NCBI GenBank assembly: GCA_020137815.1 | Contig: CM035351.1 | Span: 6,758,001 to 6,822,000, forward strand | Reading direction: 5' to 3' | Origin: Hormiphora californensis | Lineage: Eukaryota; Animalia; Ctenophora | DNA length: 64,000 nt | Part shown: positions 57,601 to 64,000 of the stretch, one piece after another | Position numbering within the stretch: the first letter of the stretch is position 1 | Layout: the number at the start of each line of letters is the position of its first letter | Made by a program: the position numbers and the translations under genes | Notes under the pieces: generated by a model | Told to the model about the DNA's origin: nothing | The model's input: the letters and a program-made list of their open reading frames with translations, nothing else | Database searches by the model: none

Positions 57601-60600
57601 CATGGGGCATGTAGAGACCAGCTTGTTCCCACTGAGCGCTCTGTTCCCCATCCTGCCTCCAGGAGGCCACAACTGTACCAGCGTGATCAGTGGCAGTAGC
57701 TGTCAGACTACCAATACCAGAACCCTCCATATGGTACCAGAATCTCAGCTCGCACCGGGGTCCAGTTTTGTGTACGTGGGGCAGTGTTAGGGTGGCCTTG
57801 TCGTCCGGTAGTCGTGGGTAGGACTGCCTCTATGAAGATGTACCAACCTGGAAATAAGGGGGAGGTTAGGTTTAGCAAACAGTTGAATTTAGGAGTAAGG
57901 AAGAGGACTAACGGTTACCATGGACACAACAAAAAAACAAACAAACGAATTGTAATTACCGCTAGATGTTCCCAGAGTATGATCAACAACAGGACCAGTT
58001 CCGTAAGATGTAGTTTCAGCTTGTGCTCGTTCCCAGTCAAAGTCATCGGCAGGGTTAGCAACGTTCTTCCACCCACACATACTTGTCTCAAAGTCACATT
58101 TCTAGAGGGGAGGGAGGTAATGAACAAATGAGTAACAGACAATCAATAAAGACTTAGGTGGGTCTAAGCAGAACTAAGTTACATCCTTATTTCCCCCTAT
58201 ACTCACACTTAGAATGACGAGAGTGGCAGATGCGGTTTTGGATCCCATTGGGTTGGTAGCATTACACGTGTAGACCCCACTATCCTTATCCACAGTAGAG
58301 TTGAAGATAAGGGTGTTCTTACCATCCATCCAAACCCTACCACCATCACCAGTAAAGTTGCCTGAACCCAGTGCGTCCCCATTATGGAGCCATACCACAG
58401 TGGGTACCGGGTCTCCCTTGACACCACATGTAAAGGTGGCTTTAGCACCCGCTGGGGTGGACACATCCAGGGGTGGCGATGAAATGGAGGCGACCACAGC
58501 GCAGTCCGGTGAGAATTGAATGTTATCAACTGCTAGGTGCTTGCCCCACCCGTAGGAGGCGAGACTTGCTACAAAGGATATTTGGAAGTCCTTAGCGGCA
58601 CCCACTGCAGCACTGGTCTTGTTCCAATAGGGTCCCACAATGTCCTTGTTTGAACCTGGTGGGGAGAATTGTTAGTGACCTCAAAACAGTAGTATAAACT
58701 ATGAAATGAAGTTTCAAGCCCTAAGTTCTATGTCTCAGCCTAGCTCCATGACCAATATCTAGGGTTAGGTCCTACTCACTGAGTGTTGCAAGTTTCTTGG
58801 CGGCATTATCAGATGTGTTCAGATATACATCCAGGGTCATATTAGTTCCATCCAACTGGACATCATACACAAAGTGACAATCCTTGGAGCTCTGCGTCAG
58901 TTTGGGGCTGCTCAACACCGCCACTCCTCCCTGGTAGTTCCATTGGGGGGTAGCGTAGTAGTCACACGCTGGTACATCACACAGTTCCCATCTCATGGCT
59001 CGGTCAGTAGTATAACACCACACTCCATCACGTCCAGTGGGGTTACGGCAGTAGTTGTGAGAACCCAGACCTAGGGAGAGAGAGGGGGGATAGAATATGT
59101 TGAATCTTCAACAGTTGACTTTAGAGGGAGATGTGAGAGGAATTTATGCACATCAAGGGTATCACACAGCTCGAGGGGGGTTGATTATAATAATTAGTGT
59201 GTTAGTGAAGGGTATCACAGAAATGGAGAGTAATAATGACCTGCCTAAGGAAAGAAACAAGGCAGTGCCTTGACTGTTTCTCTGTTTCTCAAAAACAGTT
59301 CTAGACCTACCACTGTAAGACAGTGCCCTGACTGTTACTCTGTTTCTCTGTTTCTCTACCTACCACTGTAAGGGTACGTCTCGGGGGTTTCCTCGTGTCT
59401 CCAGGGGTACTGACTAGTCCACCTCTGGCACTTTCTACCGCTCACTGTTGTGCTTGTGTTGCCTCTGTAGTAGTTCCCGTTACCCACCTAGAGGGGGGGG
59501 GGTGAACTATTGATACAATCTTCAATTATAATAATATCGGAGAGTTGAAATGTTTAATCTGTATTCGAAACAAGTTATAAACTAAGAGATTTGACAAAAC
59601 CACAATATATTTACCTGGCAGTCTTGTCCATCAGATCGTAGTCCCTCCTTGTCCCTAATCCATGCATTATCCGCTCCCTCAGGGTTATTAGTGTAACTAC
59701 ACAGGTTGTGCTCAAAGTCACAATTCCCGCATCTTGCCTCATCCGAGTGGTCCTCACAGTCAAAGCCAAAGTCACACACCACACTAGCATCAACACATTG
59801 TTTCCCGTTAGCACACGCAAACTGTCCCTCCCCGCAGAGAGATCCAATATCACAATCAGTGAAGGAGATATCATCGATAGAGATATCAGATTCATATCCA
59901 TCTCCAACCACCCCCTTCCAGGAGCACTCTGAATGTCTTGATCTTGGGTAGGAGGATGCTCTGTTTCACCCAGACCACATCCTGCTCCTTAGAGAGAGTC
60001 CTGACTAGGTCCTTAGTGGTGGGGGTCATGATATACACATTCAGTTCCCCTATATCCTGTCCCATCATGTGCACCCAGAATGTCATGGCGCACTTGGGGG
60101 TGGGGTTAGTGTACCATGGGGATAGTAGCCAGGCGGCGTCACCCCGAACTCTAGGGTAGCTACCCTCGATGTAGAGGTAGTGTCCCAGTTTAGTTCCTAG
60201 TGTGTGATCTGCATCTGGCCCGGTTCCATAGCTACCAGTTGGTCCTTGTCCTATCAACCAGTTGAAATCATCATAAGCAGCGTCGAGCGACCACCCACAA
60301 GTGGTTCCATCCTCAAAGTTACAGTTTCCAGGACAGTTGGCCTCGTCAGACCCATCAAAGCAGTCTGGGACCAGATTACATAGTCCGGAGAGAGGGACAC
60401 ATTGACCACTAGCACACGTGTACTCGTCAGCCATACATTCCTCACTACCAGCGAAGCACCGATGGAATCCAACATCATCAATTGAGACGTCACCCTTGGT
60501 ACCCTTGCCCCTGACGATCTCCAGTGTGACAGATGCCTTGGACACCTTGCCCAGGAAGAAACCACCCTCGTTCCAACCCTTGCCAGAATCAACACTGACA

Positions 60601-63600
60601 GTATGGACCTTTGTCTTACTCCCTCCTGCTTGGTTCCAAATGTTAATCGTTGCAAAGTCATCACCCTCAAGATGGTACCAGAAGGAGAAATAACACTTCG
60701 TACGGGTCGGTCCAACTGCAGGGTAGGTGATACTGGCCGTCTCTCCTGTCTTCCCAGTAGCCAGCTCTAGGTAGTGTCCACCACCCTTGCCTGTTGTGTG
60801 ATCCACGTTAGGACAACTAAACCTCCACGCCTCCGCTCGAGTTAGTTGGAGTGCGTCACTAGTTCCGTTCACCCAGCCACAATAATCCTCCTCGAACCCA
60901 CACAGCCCATGACAATCCTTCTCGTCACTTCCATCTCCACAATCCTGTACAAAGTCACACACCTTCCTGGAGTCAGTACACCCTGTGTCCCCTGAACTAC
61001 ACTGGAACTCCTCATCTGCACATGTAGCAGTGGGTTTACAGTTGGTTAACTTGACGTCATCTATAGCCATGTCACTTAGGTAACTCTGTCCGATAGTACC
61101 CACAAAACTGATGTTCATGTTCCGGTGGGCACCCACACTCACACTAGCCTGATTCCAAACATCACCCAGATTCCCGCTCTTACTAAAGACACTCTCATGC
61201 CCGTATGTGTGGTTCACCCAAACCTCTAGCCCGCCCACGTGATCTCCCTTCATGTGGTACCAGAACTCTAGGGAGCACACCGCTCCTGACAACCCAAATA
61301 TGGGAGAGGACAGGATGGCCTGGTCACCCGGGCTCTGGGGGTAGCTTGCCTCGGTGTACATGTAATGTCCATCAGTAGTATTGAGGGTGTGATCTCGGGT
61401 TGGTCCAGTGCCTGTACTGCCGGTCGAACCCGCATTCCTCGTCCAGTTAAAGTGCCGTCTGTTGTGGGAGACGTGGACGTAACCACACTCGCTCTGTTCA
61501 AAGTCACAATCGGCACAATCTTGTTCATCGGAGGAGTCAGCGCAGTCAGGGGTAAAGTCACATTTCTGGGTAGCGTTGATACAGTGTGGCGCTCCATTCT
61601 CTGTCTTCTCACAGGTGAAGTGGTTGGAGGTGTGGCAGGCGTATTTCAATGAACAACCTGAGAGAGAGAGAGAGAGGGCGTGTTAGTTGAAAATATGAAT
61701 TCTCATACCCAGTCCAAAGTGGTATAGAGGCATCTCTCTGACGAAAACGAGGATACCATGGAGATCAATAGATAAAGAGACTGTGTCTGTTAACACCTAC
61801 CAGTAACCTTGATGTCATCAATGGCAATGTCTCCATTATTTCCTCCAACTGTGGCCTCCAGTTCCACTTTAAAGGTACCCATACTGGCCGGAATACTGAC
61901 TGAGGCAAATTTCCACTGTGTACCTGAACAAGAGACACATGTGGTTACTGGTTACCATGGTGTGGTTACCAAGTGATTACCATGGCAACAAAAAATCCTG
62001 TTGTCATGATAGTTAGAATGTGAATCGTTACCTTGGTCTCCAGATATAGTGTTCAGTACTTTGGTTGTCATGTCAGCTCCAATCACCTTGGTCTTCAAAT
62101 CCCCGACACTTGATCCGTGCATGTGGTAATAGTAGGTGAGGACACACTGGTCAGCACCTGTGGAAAATATCACCGGGTTACTACACAACATATAGCTGTA
62201 TTACCATCCCTAGTTACACATGGTTACCATTTTGTTATTGGTTACCATGGTAACCCAGTACCACGTACCACCGTTAACACCATCACGAGCAGAGTTCTTC
62301 ATCAGCCACGTCGAGTGGAAGAGAGCGTTATCTCCCTTCTTTTTGGGCTTAGCAGTGTCCAGTAGGAGGTATGATCCAGATCCTGAGGTGTGGTCTTCAG
62401 AAGGCCCCGTGCCGTACCAGTAGTTAGGTCCCTGAATGGTTGCCTATGGTTACAACAATGTTTAGATGCAGCTCTGTGGGTACACACCAAATATGGGGTT
62501 ACCATGCGTGGTTACCATGGTTACACTGCTGCACTCACCCAGCCGCTATATCGCTTGAAGTCCCATTTATCAGCTCCAGAATGGACGTTGTGCCATGTGG
62601 ACATGTCCAGGATCAAAGTTGGCTCCACCTGCCCGTATTGTTACGGTGGCAGTAGCACTCACATTGGTCAGACCATTGTCTACCGTGCACGTGTACTCAT
62701 CTGGAGTAAAGAGGGAGGGGTTAGAGAGTTAGGAGTTGGAGACTAGAGAGATATGGACAACATTTAATAGCTTACAGCTGCCATGGCCTACTAGATCTTT
62801 GTACAGCTGCAGCACTGACCACTGCACCTCTACTCCAATAGTCACATACTGCAGTACAGTGTGACCACTACGTCACAATTACCTGATTGATAGAATGAAG
62901 CACCAGTAAACTGAAGTGTACCATCAGGTTTCACGGTAGTCCTCTCAGCATCCAGTGCCGCTCCAGAACCTCTAGTCCAGGTATAGCTAGGGTTAGGGTT
63001 GGAGGTAGCCCGGCAGTAGAGAGAGAAGGTGTCACTCTCGTCCCCAGAGAAGTCCTTGGGAGCCTCAACAATAACGGGATCGGTAACTCCCTTCTTTTGG
63101 TAGCACGAGGAGGTATCATAGTCATAACAGCATCCTGCCTTGAGACACCCAAACCCATCAATATCAGGTGTTCCACAACTCTTTCTGTCACCCACCTCCA
63201 CATCACAAGTCTTCACTCCACAGTTCTCAAAGTAGATATCATCCACGGCTATGTCACCCTTTTCACCCAACCCTCGTTCTCCGACCCATCGGATAGCAAC
63301 GTTTGCCAGGGCTGGCAGGGGTATCTCCGCTCTCTCCCACTTACTACCCTGGTGCCCCTCTACCCTCCAGACTTCCTCGTAGACCCCTCCATTACGGTCC
63401 GAGTAGACATCAACTGAGAGAGCTCCCATATCAATACCAGCCATGTGGTAGAAGAATACTAGTTTACATTCCTGGGAGGTGAGGGCATATCTAGATCCAA
63501 TCAGGGCAGCTCTAGTACCGGGTTGGAGTGAGGACGCCTCGAACAACATGTAGTAACCTAGAGGGAGAATGAGGTTTAGAATAATGGGTAGAGTTATGTA

Positions 63601-64000
63601 GCTACCCCAAAATATGAGGTAGGTGGCAGGGGAGGATATGAAATGATACCAAATAATGACGTACCAGTATCAGATCCGGTGGTATGATCCTGTTTCGGGC
63701 CGGTACCAGGGGTTCCCGTGGCACCACTACTTCTCTTCCACGTGGTCAGCCCAATGGTAGATCTCAAGCCACACTTGCTGTGCTCAAAGGTACATTGGGT
63801 ACAATACATAAGCTCATCTGAACTGTCCACACAGTCGTTGTTTAGATCGCATACCACACTAGTTGAGACACAGTGAGGGTGGTCCACGCAGGAGAACTGG
63901 TCCTTCGGGCAGAATGGCTCAACTGAAGGAGTGGTGGAGTTAGAAGGGGTAGACTGAAGGAGCGGAAGAGCTAGAAGGGGTAGACTGAGGTCTGAGGGAA
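51697..64000 (-). CDS. Large type I membrane MAM/LDLa mosaic protein (MALRD1-like) with trefoil, Ig, kringle and GCC2/GCC3 repeats; 5' end beyond the window
   Basis: Repeated CxFExxxCGW..DHT..GxY..FWYHM..IAxDDI (MAM) and CxxGQC..CD..DCxDxSDE (LDLa). Trefoil ~63100-63210, kringle ~58960-59490 (YRG..CQRW..NYCRNP..WCYT), Ig at ~62900, ~58300 and ~54200, CPxGxYQ repeats 52300-53780, TM ~52060-52120, tail with FMNPMY ending FDNV. Confidence 0.9.

Overview
Gene-dense animal genomic DNA with short GT-AG introns, C-rich polypyrimidine acceptors and many (GA)n microsatellites. A non-bilaterian marine invertebrate such as a ctenophore is plausible, but that is inference. In order: legumain (-), a hAT-type MITE, a weak hypothetical coiled-coil gene, two tandem secreted ShK-like+CAP genes (-), TDO2 (+), a tandemly duplicated DCTN6-SDHD-ENTR1 block whose first copy carries a 5'-truncated RNase H-bearing LINE, KIAA2013 (+, internally duplicated and TE-interrupted), a tightly packed minus-strand run (transcription order GPS1/CSN1 > RPL26 > SNRNP200 > C18orf32-like > CCSAP-like), a class A GPCR (+), and the 3' part of a large MAM/LDLa mosaic receptor (-). 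The top finding is the C18orf32/UPF0729 homolog. It has an in-frame TGA at the first Cys of the family's N-terminal CxxC (M-V-U-L-S-C) and a canonical type II SECIS immediately after its stop codon, making it a candidate selenoprotein family I do not know to be described. The ORF track misses it. Several single-base frameshifts in essential genes show that the assembly has indel errors.
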